Positions 8,566 through 17,703 of a stretch of 64,000 nucleotides of DNA are shown here, in pieces. The notes beneath the pieces were generated by a model that was given only the letters and a program-made list of their open reading frames with translations, had not been told where the DNA came from and made no database searches. The position numbers and the translations under genes are program-made. The first letter of the stretch is position 1. Every line of letters starts with the position of its first letter. Source of the stretch: Candidatus Micrarchaeota archaeon (GTDB taxonomy: Archaea > Micrarchaeota > Micrarchaeia > Micrarchaeales > CABMGC01); NCBI GenBank assembly GCA_021803945.1, contig JAJZKW010000004.1, positions 310-64,309 on the forward strand, in the 5' to 3' direction.

Positions 8566-9603
8566 TCACTTCAATAATGCCTCCATTGAGATTATTGACG
8601 GGAGAGTGCAGACCTTGGCAGTGTTGTTTATTGACTTGCATATTGCCGCAACGTAGAGGTCGGCTGCAGCATACTCGCTGAAGGCGAACTGGTCATTGGG
8701 AGCAGCAAGCTGCGAAAGCACCTGCGCGTGCGTCATGTATGTCAATGCTACAGAGTTACCTGAAGGGGTGGAATTACCGAATACCGCTGCGTCTGCTCCG
8801 CTGAACTGGTAGTTGCCCCATATCGTATATGGAGTGCCCTGGAACGCCGTTGTCTTGTTGCTGCTCAGGTTAAGTATGTATCCAATGGCGTTTGTGTATG
8901 TCTGGTTCTGGTACTTCCTTACGTTGCTCACTATTACGGGCATCGGATTAAGGGCGAAGCCGCCAGTTATCGGATTTAGGTCCTCTATGGAGATGAACGA
9001 GATTATGTTGCTTGTATAGTAATTGCCTATGGCCGTTCCTGATTTGTTGTAGTCCACGGCAGTCCAATATAGGGTCGGTACGTCTGAGTCGCCAAAAGAG
9101 GAATATCCATTATAAAGTCTTGAGAAGCTGCCGAACCTTGAAAGCGCCAAGGCCATCGCCCACCTGTTCTCTCCGCAGAATATGCATGTTATTGAACCAA
9201 GATAGACTACTGCGGGTTTACCGTTCACTGAGAAGGGGTGCACCATGTTGGCGTCCTGGGGGAAGACTGGATTTGCGATCGACCCGTTCAAGTACATCGC
9301 CCCTGCAGTCTCGAAAAAGGCATTGGGAGCGGAGTTTATGACTGAAAGCGCCGTGCTGTTGAGGGGCGTGTCAATGCCTGCAAGCGTATGGCCAAATGTG
9401 GAGTTGGACTGGTTGTTGGTTGAAGATGAATTTGATGCATGCAACCCTGCTATGTCGCTGGATAGGAGTAATGCAATTGCAATTGAAGAGAATATTGCTA
9501 TTATGCCAAGCATCAATGCAGCTGATGATATTATCCTGAGGCTGCGGAGGGTCCGTTCATACTTCTGTACTGTGTCTTTTTTTGATAGTTTTGCTGAAGG
9601 CAT
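8566..9603 (-). CDS. DUF929-family extracytoplasmic thioredoxin-like protein with CxxC, N-terminal membrane anchor
   Basis: N-terminal TM (IISSAALMLGIIAIFSSIAIALLL), a Ser/Asn-rich linker, then VVYLGSITCIFCGENRWAMALALSRFGSF, which is the DUF929 signature as I remember it. There are many NxS/T sequons. Confidence 0.6.
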   Translation of the reverse strand: MPSAKLSKKDTVQKYERTLRSLRIISSAALMLGIIAIFSSIAIALLLSSDIAGLHASNSSSTNNQSNSTFGHTLAGIDTPLNSTALSVINSAPNAFFETAGAMYLNGSIANPVFPQDANMVHPFSVNGKPAVVYLGSITCIFCGENRWAMALALSRFGSFSRLYNGYSSFGDSDVPTLYWTAVDYNKSGTAIGNYYTSNIISFISIEDLNPITGGFALNPMPVIVSNVRKYQNQTYTNAIGYILNLSSNKTTAFQGTPYTIWGNYQFSGADAAVFGNSTPSGNSVALTYMTHAQVLSQLAAPNDQFAFSEYAAADLYVAAICKSINNTAKVCTLPSIISMEALLK

Positions 9604-9755
9604 TGGAATACACCATTGATAATCACCATATTATTAGCATTGTTATTTAAATCCGTTATGCATTCTGCACGCATGTTTGGGGGTTTTGCCTGGCCTTAAA
9701 AAGATGTCGGATAGAGTTGGCTGGCTTATTTAAATTTGGAGGGTAGAGTATTATC

Positions 9756-10529
9756 ATGTCATTAGCTGAAGATGCGCCGATCAGTATGGAGGGAATAATG
9801 AGGCTTGTAGACCACACTTTACTGAAGCCTTATGCTGACATGTCCCAGATTGATGCCTTTGTCAAAGAGGCTAGCGTGCTAGGAGTGTATTCCGTCTGCA
9901 TCCAGCCTTTGTACGCGGAGCGTGTGAGAGAGTTGATAAACAGCAATGGTTACGGATTGAGGCTTGCAGTAGTGGTAGACTTTCCGCACGGGTCACTGGA
10001 CACAGGGGAGAGGATATCAGTTATAAGGTCGCTAAAAGGGATTGCAGATGAGATAGACGCAGTCATGCAGGTTGGCCTTGCAAAATCTGGAAGGTTTGAG
10101 GACATCAGGGAAGATTTGGGCATGCTTGCGGAAGAAGCGCATGGGGGGAAGATGAAGCTTAAGGTGATAACCGAGGATGCTTATCTCATAAGGGCTGAGA
10201 AGGAAAAGGCGTATGAAGCGGTCTTTGGATCTGGAGCGGATTTCATAAAGACAAGCACTGGATTTGCGGAGCCTAAGTTTTCAGAATCAATAGGAAATAG
10301 GATGACCGGAGCGGACCTTAACTATGTACGGCTTATGGCTGAGGTTTCGGAGCGAATGGGTAAACAGGATGTTGGAATAAAGGTGGCTGGAGGTATAAAG
10401 ACCTTGGCGCAGGTCATGGATTTCCTGAAGGTTTCTGGAAGAAAGGCGGATCCAGATCATTTCAGGGTTGGAGCAAGCTCATCCAAGGCAATATACGAAG
10501 AACTAAAACTTAGGCATCTGCCGGGGTGA
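9756..10529 (+). CDS. deoC: Deoxyribose-phosphate aldolase
   Basis: LVDHTLLKP, the Schiff-base region ADFIKTSTGF and KVAGGIKT are typical class I DeoC motifs. TATA-like CTTATTTAAATTT lies at 9725-9737. Confidence 0.85.
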   Translation: MSLAEDAPISMEGIMRLVDHTLLKPYADMSQIDAFVKEASVLGVYSVCIQPLYAERVRELINSNGYGLRLAVVVDFPHGSLDTGERISVIRSLKGIADEIDAVMQVGLAKSGRFEDIREDLGMLAEEAHGGKMKLKVITEDAYLIRAEKEKAYEAVFGSGADFIKTSTGFAEPKFSESIGNRMTGADLNYVRLMAEVSERMGKQDVGIKVAGGIKTLAQVMDFLKVSGRKADPDHFRVGASSSKAIYEELKLRHLPG

Positions 10530-10595
10530 TTCCGAGTAGCAGAGCCTGGTTGCAGGCTTGATATACTTTCTTGTCCATTGATAATTGGTGTTTTT

Positions 10596-11939
10596 ATGTG
10601 GCTTGATTCTGTCAGGGAAGATGACCCTGAGACATTTGGGTTGATAGTGGAAGAGCTCGGCAGGCAGAGGAATGGGCTTGAGATGATCCCTTCTGAGAAT
10701 TTCACAAGCATTGCCGTGATGCAGGCTGTTGGCTCTGTGCTGACAAATAAGTATTCTGAAGGATATCCAAACAGGAGGTATTACGGAGGCAACGAATTCA
10801 TAGACCGCGTTGAAACGCTGGCTGTGAACAGGGCAAAGGCGCTGTTTGGTGTTCCGCATGCGAACGTGCAGCCTTATTCAGGCTCTCCGGCAAACCTTGC
10901 AGTTTACCTTGCATTGTGCAAGCCCGGAGATGTGATATGCGGCCAGGGGCTTACCGACGGCGGCCATCTTACGCACGGATGGAAGACCAGCGTGACTGGG
11001 CAGATATTCAAGAGCGTGCAGTACGGGGTTAACGAAGAAGGATACATAGACATTGACAGCATGAGGAAGATCGTGCTTGAGAACAGGCCTAAGCTCATAT
11101 GGGTGGGATCTACAGCCTACACCAGGCCATTCCCGTTCAGGGAGACTTATGAAATCGCAGGCGAGGTTGGGGCTTATGTTGCGGCTGACATATCTCACAT
11201 ATCGGGGCTTGTGGCAGGAGGAGTGCATGAGAGCCCGGTTAATTATGCGCATATAGTAACTACAACGACACACAAGACGCTGCGCGGACCCAGGGGCGCT
11301 ATTATAATGGTAACTCACAAGGGCATTGAGAAGGACCATGACCTGCCGGACAAGATCGACAAGACCGTCTTCCCTGGTATGCAGGGTGGGCCGCACGACA
11401 ATACCACTGCCGGAATCGCAGTAGCATTGCTTGAGGCTTCAAGGCCTGAATTCGGAGAATATGCAAGGCAGGTAGTGAAGAATGCGCAGGCTTTGGCCGA
11501 AGGCCTGAACAAAAGGGGGATGAAGCTCGTTACCGGAGGCACTGACAACCACATGTTGCTTGTGGACTTGACCAAGTTCGGAAAGGGAAAGGGGGTGTTT
11601 GCGCAGTATGCCTTAGATGCCGTAGGGATAACAGTTAACAAGAACACTGTGCCAAAGGACCAGAGCTCGCCGTTCTATCCCAGCGGGATAAGGCTGGGTA
11701 CGCCTGCACTGACTACAAGAGGCATGAAGGAGGAGGAGATGGAGGTCATTGCAGGGTTCATAGCCGAGGTAATAAATGAGGTGAAAGGCAATGAGCTTCC
11801 TGAAGACAAGGAGTCCAGGGTAGCATACCTCAAGGAGTTCAGGGAGGGGATAGGGAAAAACAGCAAGCTTGCAGAGATAAGGGAATCGGTGGTCAGACTG
11901 AGCAGCAGGTTCCCACTGTATCCAGAACTCACTGCCTAG
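10596..11939 (+). CDS. glyA: Serine hydroxymethyltransferase
   Basis: LEMIPSENFTS, YSEGYPNRRYYGG and the PLP-lysine region VTTTTHKTLRGPRG. First ATG at 10596; the track start 10578 is a TTG. Confidence 0.95.
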   Translation: MWLDSVREDDPETFGLIVEELGRQRNGLEMIPSENFTSIAVMQAVGSVLTNKYSEGYPNRRYYGGNEFIDRVETLAVNRAKALFGVPHANVQPYSGSPANLAVYLALCKPGDVICGQGLTDGGHLTHGWKTSVTGQIFKSVQYGVNEEGYIDIDSMRKIVLENRPKLIWVGSTAYTRPFPFRETYEIAGEVGAYVAADISHISGLVAGGVHESPVNYAHIVTTTTHKTLRGPRGAIIMVTHKGIEKDHDLPDKIDKTVFPGMQGGPHDNTTAGIAVALLEASRPEFGEYARQVVKNAQALAEGLNKRGMKLVTGGTDNHMLLVDLTKFGKGKGVFAQYALDAVGITVNKNTVPKDQSSPFYPSGIRLGTPALTTRGMKEEEMEVIAGFIAEVINEVKGNELPEDKESRVAYLKEFREGIGKNSKLAEIRESVVRLSSRFPLYPELTA

Positions 11940-13668
11940 TCTCGAACTTCTTCTGCGCGTCCCTCTTCTTTTGGGCTATCCTTATCTCGGACTCAAGCCT
12001 ACCCATCTGCTTTGGCTCCATGTTCATAAAATTCATGTATTTTGTAACAGATGGAAGGACTTTGGAAGCGGCCAGATACACTTTCTGCGCCAGATCCCTG
12101 TAGTCTGGGTGGCCCCCCATCCCTGTCCTTAGCTCGCAGAAATGGAACATCTGCCTTGCATTCAATGAATAGTACCACCTTATGTTGAACCCGAATGTGA
12201 CAACATACTGGGCCTGGTACGGCATGGCCTCGCTTATCCTGTTGTAGAGGCTTATTACCTGTTCCATCTTGCTTTTGTAATCGTCCTCTATGCCTATGTC
12301 CTTGAACTGGTCCCTCATGTTGTATCCGTGCTTCACGGTGAACATCTGCCTCTCCTGCGTGCCCACCCTGTGCCTCTGCAGATCCCTGTATATGCCTATC
12401 CTGCTGCAGAAATCTAAGGTAAGGGAGATATTTTCGAAGGCGCGCCCGGGCTTGTGCCTGCGGTTTTTCCTGACGCACACGTAACTGGATATTACCGACT
12501 CCCTTTCTGCCTGCGACATAGAATCCGCGATGGCGATCGACTGGGATAAGGAAAAGCCCTTGCCGAACCTGTATACTATGAACGAGGCCAGTTTTATGCT
12601 TGCGGCCATGTCAGGATCTTTGCTTCCCATGCCGGTATAATCTATGAGCCTGACCAACTCCCTGTCATTATCAGGCTGTATCCTTTCTGAAAGCCCTGCG
12701 ACTGCTAGGATCGAGTTGTCCCTTGAGTTGCTTATGAACTCGCGGCCGTAAGCGCCGTGGCTGTCGTTTATCCTCTTCAGGAGCGATGGGACCACTTTTG
12801 TCAGCTCCCTGTGCATCCTGCTACCTATGAAGTTGCATTCTGACAGCGGCGAAGCGAGCAGTTTGGTTATGGCGGATTCATAAGACCTCGCGTTCATGCT
12901 GATGCCGACGTGGGTGAGAAGAGACATTGGAAGATAGTCCCTCATGAAATCCAGGGCGTTTGCCTTCGTTGCGTTGTCGTAGGATTTCTGGAGGTCATTG
13001 ATTGTGACTCCAAGACGCTCTTCCATTGAGCTGCTCATTTCCTGCGAGGTTACTGTAGTGCTGCGCACGCTGAACTTCTGCTCCTCGAACGGATTGCTCT
13101 CTCTTATGAAGGCCGTCATCTTATCCATGTTCTTGGCGTAGGAGTCGAATAGGCTGCGCATGAGCTCCAGGTATTCGTCCCCGAACCTCGAGGAGAGTAT
13201 GTCCCTGTCCTTGTAGAACATGTAATCTCCGTTCTTGAGCTTCATGTCAAAAGGGACGTACCTTGTCGACTTCTCTATATAAGAGCCGAACCTCGAGTCC
13301 TCTATCTCCTTTGCTGCTATGTTTGATATGAACTCGCAGGACATGGGCATGCCTCCTGCCATTTCCTGTATTGAATCATCGCCGTAGTCCACAAGCCACG
13401 ACTCGAAGAACTCCTTTCCTCTAGACTTGTTAGGCAAGAACTCCTTCAGGAACAGCCTGCGCCCTGTGAGCGAGGTCCTGCTATACCTTGAAAGCAGTGC
13501 TCCGGACTGCTCTGCGGAGAGGTCTTCACCGAGTTTCCACGCATATATGTTGTCATCAGCATTTGTAACAACCTTTGACAGTGACGCCTCTTCACTATCA
13601 ATGAATTCCTCTACAAGGATGCAGTCGTCCTTGGCATCTGTCCTGATGAAACTTTCAATCATAAGCAT
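11929..13668 (-). CDS. thyX: Flavin-dependent thymidylate synthase, double-length (pseudo-dimeric) ThyX-like
   Basis: The N-half GDDSIQEMAGG...FISNIAAKEIEDSRFGSYIEKSTRYV resembles the GHxSvxEH...RHRxxSxxxxSxRY region, with RHR lost but S..S.RY kept. The C-half IYRDLQRHRVGTQERQ keeps RHR but loses the serines. The C-terminal ARQMFHFCELRTGMGGHPDYRDLAQKV resembles the R..hF..LR...AQxEIR region. Confidence 0.6.
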   Translation of the reverse strand: MLMIESFIRTDAKDDCILVEEFIDSEEASLSKVVTNADDNIYAWKLGEDLSAEQSGALLSRYSRTSLTGRRLFLKEFLPNKSRGKEFFESWLVDYGDDSIQEMAGGMPMSCEFISNIAAKEIEDSRFGSYIEKSTRYVPFDMKLKNGDYMFYKDRDILSSRFGDEYLELMRSLFDSYAKNMDKMTAFIRESNPFEEQKFSVRSTTVTSQEMSSSMEERLGVTINDLQKSYDNATKANALDFMRDYLPMSLLTHVGISMNARSYESAITKLLASPLSECNFIGSRMHRELTKVVPSLLKRINDSHGAYGREFISNSRDNSILAVAGLSERIQPDNDRELVRLIDYTGMGSKDPDMAASIKLASFIVYRFGKGFSLSQSIAIADSMSQAERESVISSYVCVRKNRRHKPGRAFENISLTLDFCSRIGIYRDLQRHRVGTQERQMFTVKHGYNMRDQFKDIGIEDDYKSKMEQVISLYNRISEAMPYQAQYVVTFGFNIRWYYSLNARQMFHFCELRTGMGGHPDYRDLAQKVYLAASKVLPSVTKYMNFMNMEPKQMGRLESEIRIAQKKRDAQKKFETRQ

Positions 13669-13839
13669 CAGCCTAGATATCTTATCTCTCCAGTTAATTA
13701 TTAATATGTATTAAGGGATGAGACTGCACAAATATATTGGCTTACTAAGCACATGCAGAAGCAATTATATCCACATTTTCTTATTAGCGGAGCAGGGTGA
13801 TTGGATTATTTTGTTTGCATTAGATAATTTATCTTATGT

Positions 13840-14577
13840 CTACCTTCTTGCAGCTTCTGCAAATTGTCTGAAGGTTAGATTGCCTGTTTTTATACCTGTT
13901 TGGCTGTCGTGAGATTCTACTAATACCGCTGGGGAGGCGTACGGCTGATAATCACACACATCTACACATGACACTAGGTCGGCGTAAAAATAACGAAGAA
14001 CCGGGCTGACTTTGTCTTCCTTGTCGGATTTAGTTAATTTCCTTGTGTGGGCCTTGTCTCCTGTACCTATAAGCACAAGCCCTGTTATGGGGTCTATTAT
14101 CCCTTCAGAATTATCTAGTGGCGCTGCATTGGGCAAGAATACAGGAGGACTTATTGACGTTACGAATGCAAATGGCCCTGATATTATTATTTGTGGGTGT
14201 TCAATGAAGATTAGTCCGCCGGTATTTCCTATGGCTGCTTCTGGTATCATTTGGTATGGTAACGTTAACTTTACCCCCTCTTGATTTGGAAAGGAGTCAT
14301 AAATATTATATCCTTTCCTGAATTCTTTGCCTGAAGCAAGGTATGCTACAATGGAACATGATCTGATCCATCCATTTCCATTCCAAAGGAAATTTGCCAG
14401 TTGTGCCCGGGTTGATTCATCTGTTACTATCTTCTCAAGCTCCGATGATGTCGGCAACCTTAGCTTTGATGGGAGTGCATCTCTTATCATGTCCAAATAA
14501 TATTGGTTGCGTTTCAGAACTGTAAGTTCGCCTACTGGAGAAGGTATTCTTATGGCTTGTGCTTCTTTTATGGTCAT
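13840..14577 (-). CDS. Hypothetical protein (245 aa), no recognisable motif, in a low-GC patch
   Basis: Long ORF with plausible non-repetitive composition and AT-rich flanks on both sides. I recognise no family. Confidence 0.45.
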   Translation of the reverse strand: MTIKEAQAIRIPSPVGELTVLKRNQYYLDMIRDALPSKLRLPTSSELEKIVTDESTRAQLANFLWNGNGWIRSCSIVAYLASGKEFRKGYNIYDSFPNQEGVKLTLPYQMIPEAAIGNTGGLIFIEHPQIIISGPFAFVTSISPPVFLPNAAPLDNSEGIIDPITGLVLIGTGDKAHTRKLTKSDKEDKVSPVLRYFYADLVSCVDVCDYQPYASPAVLVESHDSQTGIKTGNLTFRQFAEAARR

Positions 14578-14705
14578 ATTATCATACTGGAGTCTAATTG
14601 GTCAGATATATAAAGTTAACTTTTAGAATCAATTCGGTAGAGACGGATGTTGTTTGCAACTTTTATGAAGACAGATATTGAGATATGCAATTAAACAACT
14701 ATATA

Positions 14706-14717
14706 TTGAATATTCAA
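14706..14717. promoter_or_regulatory. Perfect 12-bp palindrome TTGAATATTCAA just upstream of the chaperone-operon TATA (candidate operator)
   Basis: Read directly; it lies 24 nt upstream of the TATA. Confidence 0.4.
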
Positions 14718-14740
14718 CTTTTTATTGAAAAAAAGCAAGT

Positions 14741-14750
14741 ATTTATATAT
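14741..14750 (+). promoter_or_regulatory. TATA box ATTTATATAT for the wHTH-grpE-dnaK-dnaJ operon
   Basis: Centre lies 27 nt upstream of ATG 14773. The same 10-mer occurs at the tfe promoter (45351-45360). Confidence 0.5.
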
Positions 14751-14772
14751 TAGTTTGTATATAGCCTTGGAT

Positions 14773-15201
14773 ATGACGAGCGGAGAACGGATAGTGCTAA
14801 AGGCTGTCAACAAGCCCTCGAAGACCGACCTGAAGGACCTTGCTGACTGGTTCTGCAAGGTATTCGACCTGAACAGCAGGGACGACTGGCTTGAGCCTGC
14901 TATATTCAGGGAGATAGTCAGCAACAACATGAGCGGCAAGGGAGTGACCAGCAAGAGCCTGAACAAGAAGCTTGACGTGCCTAGGACTACGGTGATATAC
15001 CACCTTAACAGGTTCATATATTCAGGGCTTGTGATAAGGAGGGGGACAAGGTATTACCTAAGGTCGGAGGATATGAAGAGCACGCTTGAGGAGCTGCAGG
15101 CAGATATGGAGAGGGAGTTCGGAAGGCTTATGGAATTTGCGGAGAAGATGGATGAGATGTTCGAATCTGATGTTTATGGGAGAAGAAGACAAAAGGAGTG
15201 A
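14773..15201 (+). CDS. Winged-helix DNA-binding protein heading the grpE-dnaK-dnaJ operon (candidate heat-shock regulator)
   Basis: KSLNKKLDVPRTTVIYHLNRFIYSGLVIRRGTRYYL is an HTH plus wing pattern, followed by a C-terminal helical acidic region. The ATG at 14773 lies 27 nt after the TATA ATTTATATAT (14741-14750). The 3' end overlaps the grpE start by 26 nt. Confidence 0.5.
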   Translation: MTSGERIVLKAVNKPSKTDLKDLADWFCKVFDLNSRDDWLEPAIFREIVSNNMSGKGVTSKSLNKKLDVPRTTVIYHLNRFIYSGLVIRRGTRYYLRSEDMKSTLEELQADMEREFGRLMEFAEKMDEMFESDVYGRRRQKE

Positions 15202-15682
15202 GAAGGTAGGCGCATCTGAAGAGGGAGCTAAGTCAGAGTCCAGCGAGTCGGACAACCTCAAGGACAGAGTGTTGAGGATGGCCGCGGAGTTTGATAACTA
15301 CAAGAAGCGCGTGGCAAAGGAGATAGAAGGATCGAAGGAGGCGGGGAAGGCAGACATAATAACAAAGCTGCTCCCGACAGTGGACGAATTCGAGCTTGCG
15401 CTCGACTCGTTCGGGAAGGACGATGAGCATAGGAAGGGCATTGCGCTGATATACTCGAACCTGATGGGCACGCTTAAGGGATGCGGCCTCAGGGAGATAG
15501 AATCGCGGGGAAAGTTCGACCCGTACAAGCATGAGATAGTATTGACAAGGGAGAGCAAGGAGGAGGATGGAGTGATAATAGAAGTCATAAGGAAGGGATA
15601 CATGCTCAACAACATAATGCTGAGGCCGGCCTCTGTCATAGTTTCTAAGATGGAGGAAGGGAAAAAAGAGAATGGTGAATAG
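15176..15682 (+). CDS. grpE: Nucleotide exchange factor GrpE
   Basis: [17 protein letters not shown], then the C-terminal beta domain FDPYKHEIV...[18 protein letters not shown]. The start is chosen at ATG 15176 (MGEEDKRSE); the upstream part of the track ORF overlaps the regulator. Confidence 0.85.
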   Translation: MGEEDKRSEKVGASEEGAKSESSESDNLKDRVLRMAAEFDNYKKRVAKEIEGSKEAGKADIITKLLPTVDEFELALDSFGKDDEHRKGIALIYSNLMGTLKGCGLREIESRGKFDPYKHEIVLTRESKEEDGVIIEVIRKGYMLNNIMLRPASVIVSKMEEGKKENGE

Positions 15683-15684
15683 AT

Positions 15685-17541
15685 ATGAAAATAATAGGGA
15701 TAGATTTGGGCACATCGAACTCAGCAGCAGCCGTACTTGAAGGAGGAAGGCCAGTGTTGATACCTAGCGCGGAAGGGACATCGCTTTACGGGAAGTCTTT
15801 CCCAAGCTATGTTGCGTTCACAAAGGACGGGGACAGGATACTGGGAGAGCCGGCGAAGAGACAGGCCGTAGCCAATCCGGAGGGTACGGTTAGCGCATTC
15901 AAGAGGAAGATGGGCACGGATTTCAAGTACAAGGTGTTTGGAAAGGAGTATACGCCGCAGGAGCTGTCTGCGATGTTGCTCCAGAAGATAAAGAAGGATG
16001 CTGAGGCATTCCTTGGCGAAGAGGTTAAGAAGGCGGTAATAACCGTTCCTGCATATTTCAATGACAACCAGAGGCAGGCAACGAAAGACGCAGGGGAGAT
16101 TGCAGGGCTTGAAGTCATAAGGCTCGTAAACGAGCCAACTGCAGCGGCGCTTGCCTTCGGGATTGACAAGACGAAAAAGGACATGAAGATACTAGTCTAT
16201 GATTTCGGTGGAGGGACACTTGATGTCACAATAATGGAGTTTGGAAACGGCGTGTTTGAGGTCAAGTCTACGAATGGGGACACGCAGCTGGGAGGAACTG
16301 ACATGGACAACGCCATTGTCAGCTTCCTTATCGATGAGGTCAGGAAGAGCGCCGGGACCGACGTCTCGAAAGACAAGCAGGCCCTGCAGAGGGTGAAGGA
16401 GGCTGCTGAGAAGGCCAAAATCGAGCTATCGACTACCATTGAAAGCGAGATAAACCTTCCTTTCCTTGGGATGGGGGCTGGTAATGCTCCGATACATTTC
16501 ACTTACAGGCTAACCCGCGCAAAGCTTGAGGACATAGTAGTGCCGATAGTAGAAAAGACTACAAAACCGGTGATACAGGCATTGAAGGATGCACACCTTG
16601 AGCCTGCGCAGATAGACAAGATAATACTTGTAGGAGGGCCTACGAGGATGCCGATAGTCCAGAGGTATGTGGAGCAGCTGCTCGGAAAGAAGATTGAGCG
16701 CGGAGTAGACCCTATGGAAGCTGTCGCGTTCGGAGCTGCGATACAGGGAGGGGTGCTTACTGGAGAGGTTAAGGACATTGTCCTGCTCGATGTTACGCCG
16801 CTTTCCCTTGGCATAGAGACAATGGGGGGAGTGATGACAAAGATAATAGAGAAGAACACCACCATACCTATAAAGAAGTCGCAGATATTCACTACCGCTG
16901 AAGACAACCAGCCTGCTGTCGACATACGCATACTCCAGGGCGAGAGGGCGCTTGCGAAGGATAATGTCGAGCTTGGGAAGTTCGATCTCGTTGGGCTGCC
17001 TCCGGCAAGGAGAGGCGTGCCGCAGATAGAAGTGACATTCGATATAGACGCAAACGGGATACTTCATGTGAGTGCAAAGGACAAGGCCACAGGAAAGGAG
17101 CAGCGCATGCAGGTGGTAGCGCCGAACAAGATGAACAGGGAGGAGATAGAAAAGAAGGTGAAGGAAGCCGAGAATTATGCGGAGGAGGACAGGATAAACC
17201 TTGAGAACATACAGGCTAAGAATGAGGGAGAGACGCTCGTGTACACGACAAACAAGACGCTGGCAGACTACAAGGAGAAGATACCGAAGGAGCTGTATGA
17301 CAAGGTTGAAGGGGCGAAGAAAGAGCTTGAGGAGGCGCTTAAGGGAGAAAACTTTGACAGGATAAAGACCTCTGTAAGCAAGATGAAGGAAACGCTGCAG
17401 GAGATAGGCTCAAGCATGTACGGGCAGGGAGGAGGCCAGGCAGGAGGTCCGGGGCCAGGTGCAGGCCCTTCTGGAGATGGAGGCGGAGAAGGGAGCGGGG
17501 ACGGGAATACAGTAAATGCTGATTTCAAAGTAGACAAATAG
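15685..17541 (+). CDS. dnaK: Chaperone DnaK (Hsp70)
   Basis: [40 protein letters not shown] and a G/P-rich C-terminus. Confidence 0.97.
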   Translation: MKIIGIDLGTSNSAAAVLEGGRPVLIPSAEGTSLYGKSFPSYVAFTKDGDRILGEPAKRQAVANPEGTVSAFKRKMGTDFKYKVFGKEYTPQELSAMLLQKIKKDAEAFLGEEVKKAVITVPAYFNDNQRQATKDAGEIAGLEVIRLVNEPTAAALAFGIDKTKKDMKILVYDFGGGTLDVTIMEFGNGVFEVKSTNGDTQLGGTDMDNAIVSFLIDEVRKSAGTDVSKDKQALQRVKEAAEKAKIELSTTIESEINLPFLGMGAGNAPIHFTYRLTRAKLEDIVVPIVEKTTKPVIQALKDAHLEPAQIDKIILVGGPTRMPIVQRYVEQLLGKKIERGVDPMEAVAFGAAIQGGVLTGEVKDIVLLDVTPLSLGIETMGGVMTKIIEKNTTIPIKKSQIFTTAEDNQPAVDIRILQGERALAKDNVELGKFDLVGLPPARRGVPQIEVTFDIDANGILHVSAKDKATGKEQRMQVVAPNKMNREEIEKKVKEAENYAEEDRINLENIQAKNEGETLVYTTNKTLADYKEKIPKELYDKVEGAKKELEEALKGENFDRIKTSVSKMKETLQEIGSSMYGQGGGQAGGPGPGAGPSGDGGGEGSGDGNTVNADFKVDK

Positions 17542-17550
17542 TGGTAATAG

Positions 17551-17703
17551 ATGGCCGGAGAGGAATATGCATACTGCAAGAGCATATTCACGCCCCTCAA
17601 CAGTGAACTCAAAAGAGGTTATGGCAGATTTTGCAGTAGGAAATGCGCTGGAAAATACAATAGAGTGGAAAGACAGATTGTTGAGATGGTAGATTATGGA
17701 TAA
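17551..17703 (+). CDS. Unannotated 50-aa ORF between dnaK and dnaJ, with an FCSxKC (TRASH/L24e-like half-motif)
   Basis: Own translation: [50 protein letters not shown]. It starts 10 nt after the dnaK stop, and its stop overlaps the dnaJ ATG (ATGGATAA). It is below the 60-aa track cut-off. Confidence 0.35.
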   Translation: MAGEEYAYCKSIFTPLNSELKRGYGRFCSRKCAGKYNRVERQIVEMVDYG

